The notes under the pieces: generated by a model | Seen by the model: the letters and a program-made list of their open reading frames with translations, nothing else | Told to the model about the DNA's origin: nothing | Database searches by the model: none | Source of the DNA: Octopus sinensis | Taxonomy: Eukaryota | Direction of reading: 5' to 3' | DNA: 64,000 nucleotides | Assembly: GCF_006345805.1 (NCBI RefSeq) | Contig: NW_021833432.1 | Location: 10,586 to 74,585, forward strand | Made by a program: the position numbers and the translations under genes | Shown: positions 25,125 to 37,787 of the stretch, piece after piece | Numbering within the stretch: the first letter of the stretch is position 1 | Layout of the letters: each line of letters opens with the position of its first letter

Positions 25125-25310
25125 TCTAGATTTTCCTGTCAAGTTTTCTAGATTTTCCGTCAAGTTTAGAAGTTTTTCTATCCAGTTTTCTAGTTTTTTT
25201 TTCCTCAAGTTTTCAACTTTTCCTATCAAGTTCTCTAATTTTTCCGTCAAGTTTTCTACATCTTCTGTTAAGTTTTGTAGTTTATAATTGAAGTTTTATC
25301 ACTATTATCA
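25125..25310. repeat. Degenerate ~21-bp minisatellite (AAGTTTTCTAGATTTTCCGTC-like)
   Basis: About 8 diverged units visible. Confidence 0.7.
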
Positions 25311-25486
25311 TTATGAAAATTACTCCCATAATTTTTTTACTATTGTCACATCTACTATTGTCATTAACAACTTTTGTACAAACGCGAGGGTGAAGAACAA
25401 TTTATAGTCAATATAGAATGGAACATCTTCTGTGAAGAAGATATTTTGTATGTAAATATATATCAATATATATCAATATATATATA

Positions 25487-25871
25487 TACAAAATAAGAAA
25501 ATGGAGAAATACACCTTAATCTATAATCAACTACCAGATAATACCCATTCACATAATTTATTAACCAACGACATATGAACATCAAGGTCAAACATAATAG
25601 TACAGAACAGAACAGTGCACATCAATGAGTAATATGATACAATAAGTACAATATGTATATATAGTTTATATTTATATTTATATTTATTTATATTTATTTA
25701 TACATATTGTACTTATTGTTTCATATTACTCATTGATGTGCACTGTTCTGTTCTGTACTATTGTGTTTGACCTTGATGTTCATATGTCGTTGGTTAATAA
25801 ATTATGTGAATGGGTATCATCTGGTAGTTGATCATTGATTAAGATGTGTTTTTCCATTTTCTTATTTTGTA
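25487..25871. repeat. Inverted repeat, 173-bp arms (25487-25659, 25699-25871), 39-bp AT spacer
   Basis: TACAAAATAAGAAAATGG..GTACAATATGTATA / TATACATATTGTAC..CCATTTTCTTATTTTGTA, with a few mismatches. Confidence 0.95.
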
Positions 25872-26042
25872 TTATGAATTTGTGGTAAAACATTTTACCT
25901 TCGCCATATAATACAATAAATGAATTAATTGCATCGCAATTCTTAACATTTATGTATTAACTTTGTTGGGTGCTTTACTGGCAGTATATTGGATATATGT
26001 TATCCCATGGTGGGTTGCACTCACAACCCCTATCTCAATTTG

Positions 26043-26098
<56 letters not shown>

Positions 26099-26894
26099 AT
26101 ATATATATAATATATATATATATTATACAATTATAATCATACATATTTTTACTAATAAGGCATTACAGTGTGAATGCGAACGATATGTTTTGTTGGTTGG
26201 TTTTGCTGTTTCTCGCTGGTGATGTTTTTGTTTACCGCTTTCTGTTTTTTCTTAAACTTCACCATTCAGCATTTTCTGATAATGAAAGTTGTTAATTTGT
26301 TCAAAGACGGTTTGAATCTTGATGACAAAATGGAGCATCCCTGAACCACTTCTTCAACATCTATCTTCAGTTTTTCTCAGGCCTCATGTGCTTTTACTCC
26401 TCTGACTTCATGCTAGGAACTTGTTGTCCTTGTATTGGGATAATCTTTCCTTTTCTAAGATCTGGCTTTTGTCCTTGTGCGTGTCTTGCAATAGGAACAG
26501 TGGATGTGTTGAATGAGTGCTGTAGAAGACAAACCACTTCGCTTGGTTAGCCTGCTGATAAGGATGATGGTATATTGTTCATGACAGAAGGTGCTGAAAT
26601 ATAATAGAGGCATAAGATATAAGACTCAAATATTGTCATTTAAAAACGATTTCTTTTCTCAGTTGAAAATTGACAAAAGGAATCGTAAAACTAGAAATTT
26701 AAAACATTTTGTTTTTGAAAAAGAACAAAGAACATTATAATAAAAAAAGTATTTAACTGTGGTTACTAAGTAACAATATTGTAAAAAATAACAACTTAAA
26801 AAAGGAGTTGGAATATTGTTTAAGTAACTCAACCAGTAGAACAAACGTATATACTCTATGTACAGGTATTGCAAGAGATGGTTGTTTTAGTCCT

Positions 26895-27430
26895 TAAAAT
26901 GTAAATACGATCGTAAGATAGATGTTAAGGTCTCTATAGAATACAATTATGATCAAAAGGTAGATGGTATTATCTGTACAGTATAGCTCACATGACTGGG
27001 GTTTATGAGGTGTACAACAAAATTATGATCGCAAAAGATGTTGTAATTTGTACAATGTAATTATGACTACAAAAGATGTTACAGTTTATACAATGTAATT
27101 ATGATCAGAAAAATGTTATAGTCTGTACAGTGTAGTTATGATCAGGAAAGATTTTATAGTCCCTACAAAGTAGTTATGGATCACGAAAAATGTTATAGTC
27201 TGTACAGTGTAGTTATGATCACGTGATTGATGTTATAATTTGCACACTGTTGTTACGACCCTAAAATAGATGCTATACACTCGACAGTGTATATATAACC
27301 AAGACCTGATCGTTATAGTCTGTTCGAAGTAGTTGCGATCAGGATATAAGTGGTATAGTCTCTACTGCAATGTTTAGATCAGGAGATAGTGCTTATTATT
27401 ATTTCTACTGTATTATGTGAGATCGAATGT
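26895..27430. repeat. Degenerate ~38-bp minisatellite, block 1
   Basis: Units like TGTAGTTATGATCACGAAAAATGTTATAGTCTGTACAG. Confidence 0.75.
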
Positions 27431-27732
27431 TGATGGTTGTAGCTTCGATTGCATTATTTATATCAAAAGAAGTATTTTATTGTCTTGATATTATTTGCGG
27501 GAAGAAATTGATCTTTTAGATTTGATTGTTGTTTGTAAGACACAGAAGTATACTTCTTGTTGTTTTTCACGGAATTTGGTCTTAACGAAAATCTGCAAGA
27601 AACTGGTAGACCAATCCTGGTTCTTTAAAAAAGTTTCGATGTTGTCAGTTGGAGAAGTTTGATGTTGAAAATAATCAAAGTTATTTTGTAATAGATGGTT
27701 CATACAGTGATATTCTTACATCCTTCAGGAGA

Positions 27733-27948
<216 letters not shown>

Positions 27949-28699
27949 CGAAAGCTATCCAACATTCTCTCCAAAGGAGGGGGTTGTTTATGATAGTTGA
28001 CCATGTTATATTTAGCAGACGAATGGCTGTTAATGAAATATTCTCAATGTTACTTTTAAATGACGCTGGATGTTGTTAGGCATTAGCCCTGGGACGGAGT
28101 GTTTAAAGTGTCCATGTTATTGTGAACAACAGCTGGGTGCTGTACACATGTAGCCTTCTCGTTATTGATAACAGTAGCTGGTATGTGTTGGTGTAGCTAT
28201 GTGTTGGTGTAGCTACAAGAGCTGAATGTGACAAGTAGTCTCCATGTTGTAGTTGACAAGAGATGGATGTTAGAATTGAAATCTCCATGTTAACTGTGCA
28301 CAGCATTTGATTGTTAGATATAATTTATGTAGCCTCCATGTTATTGATAACACTAACAATGTGTTGATGTAGCTAAATTAATTTTAGCAGCGAGTCGATA
28401 TTATAAAGTCAGTGAGGTGTATAAATCAGGGTTTGTTGTTATAAATGCAGTACGTGAGATCTTCAGTACATGACAAGGTGTTATAAACACCCTCTAAGTT
28501 AACGCAGAAATATTTATTGCTGTTATAGTATTAATATTAAAGTTATTTACAGCATTGACTGGTTGTATATGTATACTTATGTTTATTTTCAGAGGAGATG
28601 GAAATTTTAATTCTAAAATATGTTAGGTTTTTGCCCAAGTTAAACTCAATATGAATTCATTATTAATATGAGTTCCGAAAATTAAACAGTCATTTAGAG

Positions 28700-28910
28700 A
28701 AGATGTTATAATCCTTACAAAGTATTTATGATCATGAAAGATGTTATAGTTTATACAATGTAGTTATGATCATGGAAGATGTTATAGTCCTTACAATGTA
28801 TTTAAGATCATGAAAGATCTTAAAGTTTATACGATGTAGTTATGATCACAAAAGATGTTATATTCCCTACAATGTAGTTATGATCACGAAAGATGTAATA
28901 AATTGATAGA
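28700..28910. repeat. ~38-bp minisatellite, block 2
   Basis: TGTAGTTATGATCATGGAAGATGTTATAGTCCTTACAA, about 5 units. Confidence 0.8.
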
Positions 28911-29010
28911 TGTTAATTAGAAAAGGGGTTAAAAAAGGGGTGAATGATATCAGTTGATAGGAAGGTATATTCTGAATAAGTGTTGAATGTTATGAATACA
29001 TTCTCCATTT

Positions 29011-29200
29011 GATAGTGAACAATTGTTGTTTGTTGGTGCACGAAACATTGCTTTCGTATTATGGCGAACATTTGCTGTTTGTTCGTGTAGAAATACTGCG
29101 TCGTTTTTATGGTGAACAATTGCTGGAGCTTGGTGTAGAAATATTGTCTTCATGTTATGGCGAACAATTCCTGGCTGCTGGTGTACAAAATATTTCCTCC
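29011..29200 (+). repeat. Diverged 48-bp tandem repeat (about 4 units)
   Basis: Units start at 29060, 29108 and 29156 with TATGG(C/T)GAACA; a fourth degenerate unit precedes them. Confidence 0.75.
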
Positions 29201-31044
29201 ATATTGTTGCTGCTTGTTAGGGGTACTATTCATGTTGACAGCAAGAGTCACATGATATGAATATGTCATCTTTAACATAAACTGGATGTTAAAGGAGCTT
29301 CATATCATATGTGCGTCTACTCTTTGCTATGTTCCATGGGCGCTCGGTGTTAAATATGTGGTCTTTCCTATATTTAATTGGAACATGGTGTTACGGAGTG
29401 TTTCTACGTTAGTTTAAACATTAAAAGATATAATCTGACCAATAATTGAACCTTTATATGCTGTCGTTGAAATCGCAGCCCAGTCAATCGATAATTAAGA
29501 GAGGGCGTTAATTAATTAATGTAGCCTGACATACACCGTCAGGATAAATGAGATTGGAACGACTTTGATCAAGGTCAGCCAACATGTGACAGGGTTGATC
29601 TCTACTAAAACAACATCTACAACAAACTGTAGTGTTGTTAGTAGTGTTAGTAGTGTTAATAGTAAGGGGGAGAGGCCTGTTAGTGGTATTAGTAGGGACG
29701 TTAGTGGTGTTAGTGATGTTATGGGTGAAGGGAGATGGGTTAGTCCTACAACTTGACTGTTGCGGTTGTTTAGGCCCCCGAAATCCATCCCTAGCCCAGA
29801 AGCCTAGCTGCGATACAAGCCATGCCAGCCACATTCATCATATTAGGAGGCCCCAGACTTCACTACTTAATGTGGCCTTCTTCTTAGATGTTATTTGAGA
29901 GGGATTTAGCTTCCATATTTTTTGGTTAGCTGTAGAACTATTTATCCTGCAACGCTCGCAGTCATTTACTCATTGTTATATTTAACAACAGTTGACTGCT
30001 TTCGATTAACACCTTGTTGCAGGCAGTTAGGCTTTGATGTTATACCGTTATACCATGTTTACATTGAACAAGAAGTGTTAATAACTAACATCCAGTATTT
30101 AATAGCAGCTGAAGGTTATAAAAGTATGTCTTTGATATCACTATTATGTTTAAAGTAAGACGTTATAAGGCGTTGCATTTAACACGAGGTGAATGTTTTC
30201 AATTTTTACTTTGTTTGTAATTCCTATCTACACCATGTTATATTACTCCTTATAAAATATTGTTATAATATCAATATCTGTGCATAGAGGTTTTTTTTTC
30301 TCTCTTTTCCAATATTTCTGTCTCCTTCCATCTTTCAATTTTGGAGTTGTTATTATTAAACCCTGCATCGTTCTTTTTATCTGTTATTTTTATCTCACTG
30401 CTACACATTGTTATTATAGCTACAGGCTGTTATCTCAACATCAGCCATTTATATGACTGTTATCAATGTTTATTTTAGAACTTTTGTTTGTATAAATGTT
30501 TTTATCATTGCTATAACAGTTCTCTGTTATCATTAAACTGTTCACTCTCAACAAATATTTTCTCAACTGTTGTTCTTTTAATATAAATTGTATCGTAATA
30601 AACGCCATTTTTCCTTCCGTTTTTAGTCAAAATCATTCTCAGTGAATTCCCTACTGTGTGACAATGAAAGTCACATTTTACCGTGAAGGTGGTCACGAGA
30701 AGAATCCAATAATCTAAGAGTATATAACAATTGCTTTAGTAGATGGATAAACACTGCTTTATGGTTGTAATCTGGAAGAAAACGGAAAAAAGGCCCAGGA
30801 TGGCCGTAGTCCTGTAACCGAAACAAATAAAAGAAAGTTTGAAAGAAAGAAAGGAAATTTCATACTTTACCTCTTCATGTCTAATTCGTTAATAATGCCA
30901 GATTATAAAGGCACAGATGCATTAATCTTCTCAAGTTTTATTTGAATATGAAATCCGCGTCAGCGCAGGAATGCACGGACGGCTCTAGTTACGCTGAAAA
31001 CGAACATATTTTTATGTTTAGCCAAAGAATCGGGTTGTACATGG

Positions 31045-31115
31045 GAAGATAAATAGATAGATAGAGAGATAGGTAGGTAGGTAAATAGATAAATAGATAG
31101 ATAGATAAATAGATA

Positions 31116-31189
<74 letters not shown>

Positions 31190-31310
31190 TAGATAGATAG
31201 ATAGACAGATAGATAGATAGACAGATAGACAGAAAGTGAGATACATAGATAAATAGATAGCTAGACAGACACACAGATAGATATATAGATAGATAGATAG
31301 ATAGATAGAT

Positions 31311-31369
<59 letters not shown>

Positions 31370-31370
31370 C
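31045..31370. repeat. (TAGA)n/(TA)n compound microsatellite
   Basis: Directly visible. Confidence 0.9.
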
Positions 31371-31399
31371 ATCTCTCTTTCTCCCTCCCTCTCTCTGTC

Positions 31400-31765
31400 A
31401 CATTGCCGATTAAGTTGACCCACGACCGTCAAGCGAAGTTCAACATTCGGGGCCGCTTCGTGAATCAATGTCAGGAGGGAAGAGACATTGGGCTGACTGC
31501 CAAATTGAATGTGTACAAAGCAGTTGTATTTCCTAGGCTACTGTACACTTATGAATCTTTGATAATGTACGAACATCACGCACAGAAAGCTAAACCGCTT
31601 CCAGATCAACTTGAGAGAGAAAGCTGTCGAAAACCACTCTGGCAAGACAAGGTCCCAGACAGACCTTCGCTCGAGCTGATCTGTCAAGCATTTGCACACT
31701 GCTGAGAAGAGCGCAAGTCAGTTGCTCAGGTCACCTTTTTCGAATGCCTGACACATGACTCCCCA
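31400..31765 (+). mobile_element. RTE-clade LINE RT C-terminal fragment
   Basis: IGLTAKLNVYKAVVFPRLLYTYESL..WQDKVPD..LLRRAQ..GHLFRMPD, with frameshifts. Confidence 0.8.
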
Positions 31766-31789
31766 CGATAACCCATCAGTTTGCTGTGA

Positions 31790-31970
31790 CACTCAGGACT
31801 TTAATCAGAGACTGAAGGTTTCATATTAGCGGCACAAGATCAAAGGTTGCTTACCACAATCTTCTAAGCTAACGTTCATGAAAACGGTTCTGACCCTATA
31901 TGCAGATTCTGCGATACATTTGCTGAAACAATTGACCATCTCGACTCGGGATGTCCTGTGCTAACATCAA
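31790..31970 (+). mobile_element. R4/Dong-like fragment (pre-CCHC region)
   Basis: ETEGFILAAQDQ..DPICRFCDTFAETIDHLDSGCPVL; same family as the 14805 copy. Confidence 0.8.
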
Positions 31971-32420
31971 GAAGAACAATAACATGGAGAAGAATAAGCA
32001 GTAGAAGGAAGGAAGGAAAGAAGGCGAGTAGTTAAGGAAAAAGAAGACGAAAACGAAGGAGGAGAAGTTAAGGAAGAATAAGAAGGACAAGGAAAGGGAC
32101 AAGAAGAAGATGAAAAATAAAAAGAAGGGTAAGAAGAAGATGAAGGAAGAGAAGAACAAGGAGATGAAGAAGAAGAGCAAGAAGAGAAGAGGCAGAGAAA
32201 GAAGAAAAGGGGGGAGATAAAGAAAGTCAAGAAAAAGGAAAGTCAGTGAAGAAGGAGGAGGGGAGGAGGAGGAGAAGAAATATGAGAGGGGGAAGGAAGA
32301 GAAGAAAAAGAAGAGATAGCATCAAAAGAAGAAAAAAGAAGAGAAGGGTGCGAAGAAGAAGAAGACGAAAGAGAAGAAGGATGTGTAAGAAGAAGAAAGA
32401 GAAGAAGAAAGGAAACTAAT
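31970..32420. repeat. Purine-rich degenerate (GAA)n tract
   Basis: Directly visible. Confidence 0.85.
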
Positions 32421-32439
32421 CGCATTCCTTTAAGAAAAC

Positions 32440-32826
32440 AACTTGCTGAGTGATACCCAGCATGGTTTTCGACCAGGTAAGAGCTGCCAGACCCAGCTCT
32501 TGCAGCACTAGGAAAGGGTGTTGAGGCAGTTACTGAACAAATCAAATGTGGGAGTAATATACTTTGACTTTGCAAAAGCTTTTGATAAAGTGGATCATGG
32601 TATGATATGCCACAAGCTGCGTGATCTTGGCATAGCTGGAAAATTTGAAGAGCGGTTATATGACTTACTGAAAGATAAAAGTCAGGTAGCAGTGGCCAAT
32701 GGAGCCACCTCGAAGAAAAAACAAATAGTGAGCAGTGTTCCACAGGACACTGTCTTGGGACCACTGCTTTTTATAGTGGCCCTCTCAGATATGCCATCAG
32801 CTGCCCAGATAGCCACCCTTGCAAGT
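32440..32826 (+). mobile_element. CR1/L2-group LINE RT fragment, cut just before the catalytic motif
   Basis: [47 protein letters not shown], then abrupt switch. Confidence 0.85.
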
Positions 32827-33391
32827 TGAACCAACGTATGTTTCTGACAAATGAATCGCATTTGAAGCCATGGTCTTCTAAGATGAAGATTGGTTTGTCT
32901 TCGGAGCAGTCATAGAATGTAATTTTTGTGGCGGGAACACAAATTATTTTGGGGTCATATTCTCGCATATCAGTTATAAAAAGTTTGTATAAGTCTGTAA
33001 AGACAATTTCGCAGTCAGGTATTCAAATACAGCAACCGAATAATTTTTTGACTTTGCTAGAGGATGGACTTATTTTGCTGGTGAGCTGAGGACAATAATA
33101 TGCAGTTTAATGCTGAAAAATATCTTCTGGATTAACAATATCTGGAAAAGATTGCAAGTTGAACCAACGTATGTTTCTGACAAATGAATCGCATTTGAAG
33201 TCATGGTCTTCTAAGATGAAGATTGGTTTGTCTTCGGAGCAGTCATAGAATGTAATTTTTGTGGCGGGAACACAAATTATTTTGGGGTCATATTCTCGCA
33301 TATCAGTTATAAAAAGCTTGTATAAGTCTGTAAAGACAATTTCGCAGTCAGGTATTCAAATACAGCAGCCGAATAATTTTTTGACTTTGCT
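32819..33391. repeat. 240-bp direct duplication (32819-33058, 33152-33391), period 333 bp, 3 visible mismatches
   Basis: ORF track shows the same MREYDPKIICVP.. peptide twice. Confidence 0.95.
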
Positions 33392-34134
33392 TGGCATTGT
33401 TCAAGTAACAATTACAATTCAACAAGATTGATGTATAAATTAATTTTAAAAATCAATCTATAATTTATATAATATCCATAAGAATTTGATTTTCACGTCA
33501 GTTGGATAGCTAAGAGAAGTGAAAAGTGAAAAGAAATATTCAATAAACGTTCGTTGTTATGTCATAATCCTCTTGTTGATTATGACATAGTTAATTTAGG
33601 AAGTGGGCGAATTGGCGTAACTGTTACTGCATTGGATAGAATGTTTTGCTGCGTATGTTTCAATTCTTTGCGTACTGAGTTCAATTCCTGGCAAAGTCAA
33701 TTTTGTCTTTTATAATTTCAGAGTCAGTAAATGAAGTAACAATCAAGGAATGGTGTTTATTCTTATTTCTAACTTGCTGTCTGGATTGTAACATATTTTC
33801 AATGGTGCAAATTTGTAATATTGTGTCACGCTATTTGGTCCTGAGAATTACATCAAGGGTACATGTATTTGAAAGAAAGGGGCAGTGCTTATGGGTCTAT
33901 GGATTGATTGGATGCAATTCAGGTTCTAGTTGAATCTTTAATGAGTGAAAAGCTTGCGAAGAGACATGAGCAGAGAGAAAGTTTCAGAGGGTTTACTTTT
34001 TCGGAAGGCGTGAGCGTATTAATTAGTGCAGAAGCTGGAAGTTGAGACATAACAATAGTGGCAGCAGGAGGAGAGTAAGGCCACTCCTTAAACTCATTTT
34101 ATTCTAAGAATGAAAGCTGATACTGGATATCAAA

Positions 34135-34420
34135 TTGGTGGACGGGTTTTGCTGAATAATCCTGCCTTTGAGAAGCAGGCCGAACCCCACTGGCCAGACG
34201 AAAGAGACTCTATTGGACACTTCACGGGGAGACGATTCTACATATATATTTACCAGCGCGTTTCGATCCTGTGTATACAACCCTGATGTTCTCGAATTCT
34301 TTGAAAGCAGGGATTCACATTCCTCCAAAGCTCCTTATCTGATGCATAATCTTCCCAAGTGTCAGTATGGATATTCATCTTTTTGAGTGTCTTTCTTTAA
34401 AAGTTGTCTTCAAATAAGTA
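34135..34420 (-). mobile_element. RTE-like LINE 3' end fragment
   Basis: Minus frame KTLKKMNIHTDTWEDYASDKELWRNV, then a decayed zinc-finger-like GSACFSKAGLFS. Confidence 0.6.
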
Positions 34421-34457
34421 GTTTTCGAATATGAAAATGTTACAAGTGTGTGTTATT

Positions 34458-34615
34458 AGCATTTATAGAACACGTATCCTTTAGAAACTTAAACATTTAA
34501 AGACAGAGAAGGAAAATTGTTAAAAGTCTTATAAAAGTTTATAAAACTTTTAACACCTCTTTTCCATCTTTAATTGTTTGTTGTGTTTCTCTAGAATAAG
34601 TGTTCTATAAATGCT
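34458..34615. repeat. Imperfect fold-back inverted repeat
   Basis: AGCATTTATAGAACAC..TGTTAAAAGT / ACTTTTAACA..GTGTTCTATAAATGCT. Confidence 0.7.
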
Positions 34616-34623
34616 CATAACAG

Positions 34624-34654
<31 letters not shown>

Positions 34655-34850
34655 TTAAGTAGTTGAATGAATTATCTTATTATGGATAATTCGGTTAACC
34701 GATACCTGGGTAGCAAATTCACGTCAGAAAAACACGGTTGAAGCTACATGCCAAGGGCAGAGATCACGTGCTTTCGTGTGGAAATTTGTGCGTTTTTTAA
34801 ATACAAATAAATGAAAGAATGGAGTTGAACGACGAATTAACAAAATTCCT

Positions 34851-34940
34851 TTATTCTCGACATATGTTTCGAAGGCAGCATATTCCTAATTTCGAAGGAA
34901 TAAGGGGTGCATTATGCCGTCTTCTCATCAGGAACTTATG
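34851..34940 (-). ncRNA. Type I hammerhead ribozyme motif with complete catalytic core
   Basis: Minus strand TTC-CTGATGA-GAAGACGGCATA[30 nt]TATGCTGCCTTC-GAAAC-ATAT-GTC-GAG: 12-bp stem II (1 mismatch, 1 G-U), palindromic stem III ACATATGT, GUC site; stem I only about 3 bp as read. Confidence 0.7.
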
Positions 34941-35039
34941 TCAGCATCAAGATGAACAAAAGCTTTTAGATGACTGCCCACACGGAGCCCATAGCGATAA
35001 TCGCTTACTGTTTACATCTCGTTCAGAGATTTATTATTG

Positions 35040-35040
35040 C

Positions 35041-35100
<60 letters not shown>

Positions 35101-35186
35101 ATACATATATACATATATACATACATACATATATATATATATACATATATACATATATACATACATACATATATACATACATACAT

Positions 35187-35218
<32 letters not shown>

Positions 35219-35305
35219 CATATATACTTACATACATATATATATATATATATACATATATACATATATACATACATACATATATATATATAATATATAT
35301 ATATA
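35040..35305. repeat. (TA)n/(TACA)n array
   Basis: Directly visible. Confidence 0.9.
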
Positions 35306-36475
35306 ACTTAGAATAACTTAGAAAGGTTTTGGCCAGTATTGGCCCAGGCCATGTCTAACTTAATAGCACCACCTGGCGAAGTCTTTCAGGTCAGGATTTG
35401 GGCACCAAGGCCCATTCGAGCAGAGAGTTATTGTTTGCGGAGACATATCCGGGTGTGGGTGGTTTGTCCGGTACTGTTTGAAGGAATTTGTCCAAAGACT
35501 TCTTGAATTTTGTGTGGTCAGTTTCTTTTTTGACGTGTCCTGGTGTAATGTTGAAGAGAGCAGGTCCAATTGAGGTGAAATAGTTGTGCCGTATTGTCGT
35601 TATGTGATTTAGATTTTTGTTGTGGACGGATGGCACGTGGTCCAAGCCTTGGATGCATTTTGAAGGTGATGCCAACATCATTCGGACAGTGCTGATGGAA
35701 TATTTTCCACATCATACAGATAATGTAGCGTTCACGGCGTCGTTGGAGTGAATACAATTTCAGCTTCTCTAGTCTACCCCAGTAGTCAAGGTCTGACATG
35801 CCATCTATCTTTTTTGTGATTGACCTTTGGGGAGCTTCAATTCTCATAATATTTTGTTTTGTGTAGGGAGACCACAGTGGACAGCAGTATTCAAGGTGGG
35901 GTCGGGCAAAAGTGGAGAAGAGAAGGATAATAGCGTGGGAATTTCTCGACTGGAAGGTTCTGAGAATCCAGGAACACATTCTGCGGGCCATGTCAACTTT
36001 GCTGCTTATATGTGTAGCCCAGCTTATGTTGTTGTCCACTGTTACTCCCAGGTCTCTGATGTTGTTGGATGCCATGAGAATTTCTCCAGAAGGAAGAGAG
36101 TATGGGAATTTCAGAGCGTCCTCCCTTCCAAAGTGGATCAGTTCGAATTTGTCTTCATTTAGCAACATGTTATTCTTTTCCGCCCATTGGACAACAGCCA
36201 GTAGGTCTGACTGAAGGTTTATTCGGTCATCCACGCCATTGATGACCTTCTGGAGCTTGGAATCATCAGCGAAGGTTCTGATGTTACTGTGTTTGATGGT
36301 GTCAGTAATATCATTTATGTAGATGATGAAGAGAAGTGGGCCCAACACAGTGCCTTGTGGGACACCACTGGTGACTTTGGCTGGGCTGGATTTGACTCTT
36401 TCGACTATAACATGTTGGGATCTGTTAGACAGGAAGCGCTTGATCCACTGCAGCAGCTTTCCAGTAACACCAATA
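35305..36475 (-). mobile_element. 5'-truncated CR1-like LINE (RT C-terminal half and 3' end)
   Basis: [63 protein letters not shown]; short 3'UTR with TAAGTT-repeat tail; one frameshift near 35520. Confidence 0.93.
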
Positions 36476-36478
36476 TAT

Positions 36479-36565
36479 AAACGAAATTTTTACAAAATAT
36501 CAACATTCTCCATCTCGCAAACAATTTCTCTCTCTCTCTCTCTCTCTCTTCTATGTATATATATA

Positions 36566-36645
<80 letters not shown>

Positions 36646-36652
36646 ATATGTA

Positions 36653-36708
<56 letters not shown>

Positions 36709-36873
36709 TACATACATATATACATATATACTATATACATATATACATACATACATACATACATGCATACACACACATATATATATATATATATAGAAAG
36801 AGAGAGAGAGATAGAGAGAGAGAGAGATTGTTTGCGAGATGGAGAATGTTGATATTTTGTAAAAATTTCGTTT
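36479..36873. repeat. Inverted repeat (47-bp unique arm plus (TC)n/(TA)n) around a microsatellite spacer
   Basis: AAACGAAATTTTTACAAAATATCAACATTCTCCATCTCGCAAACAAT vs its exact reverse complement at 36827-36873. Confidence 0.95.
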
Positions 36874-37199
36874 TTTAGACTGTAAATAAATAAAATATAT
36901 TTGTATTATTTATATTATTATATATAATATATATAGTAGTGTATACAAAGCCAACGGTTGCAGCAGGTGTCCCTCATGACATTAATCATTTATTTAGGAT
37001 CTCTACTTTCCCAAGTAAATTAATTATTCACTGTATATATTTATTCCAAAGGCAACAACCAGCCAAGTGTTTCCTAAGAAAAGAGTCCCTGTAGAAGACA
37101 TTTATTAAAATATACACATGTCTCTCAAATTCACCTAGCAGCTGGATATGATAATTCTGCAGAAACATTGTTTAAATCTTTTGCGTTTTTTTTAAAATC

Positions 37200-37340
37200 T
37201 TTTTTTACTTGTTTGATTCACTGAATTGCGACCATGCTGGAACACCTCTTTGAAGAGTTTTAATCAAAACAAACTGAGACCCGTACATATGGCTTTTAGA
37301 GCCGGGTATTTTCTTTGACCGAACCGGAAAATATTTAGAC
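37200..37340 (-). mobile_element. SINE family A 3' remnant
   Basis: TTACTTGTTT..GCGACCATGCTGGAACACC..GACCGAACCG. Confidence 0.55.
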
Positions 37341-37687
37341 AATGAATTGCGATCTCACCCTCTACCTCCCTCCTTCCTTTTTTCCCCTCCCCTCCCTTCC
37401 CTTCGCCCTCTCTTTCACGCACACTCTCTCTCACACTCACTCTCTCTCACCCAGTAACTGCATTTTCCTGCACTCATGAGCATCCATGCGTGTTTGCTTC
37501 TTGTGGTGTAACATACTGTAGCCAAAACACGTCGAATGTCCACTCAGCCGTGACATTCATCAGAGACCTAATGCTTTGCCAAATTAATACAGAAATTTTG
37601 CATGAAGAAAACTCCATAAATTTATGTATGTTTATACAGATATACACACGTACGTATGCATATATACCTATACATACATGTATACAT

Positions 37688-37718
<31 letters not shown>

Positions 37719-37787
37719 CATATATGTACATATATATATATGTATATATATATACACACATATATATATATATATGTCTGTATATAT

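Noticed and set aside
26500-26610. PADK motif suggestive of a PLE N-terminal region
   Set aside because: Four-residue match only; flanking residues do not fit
37525-37570. Minus strand CTGATGA-ATGTC..GACAT
   Set aside because: GAAA box missing (TCGACG)
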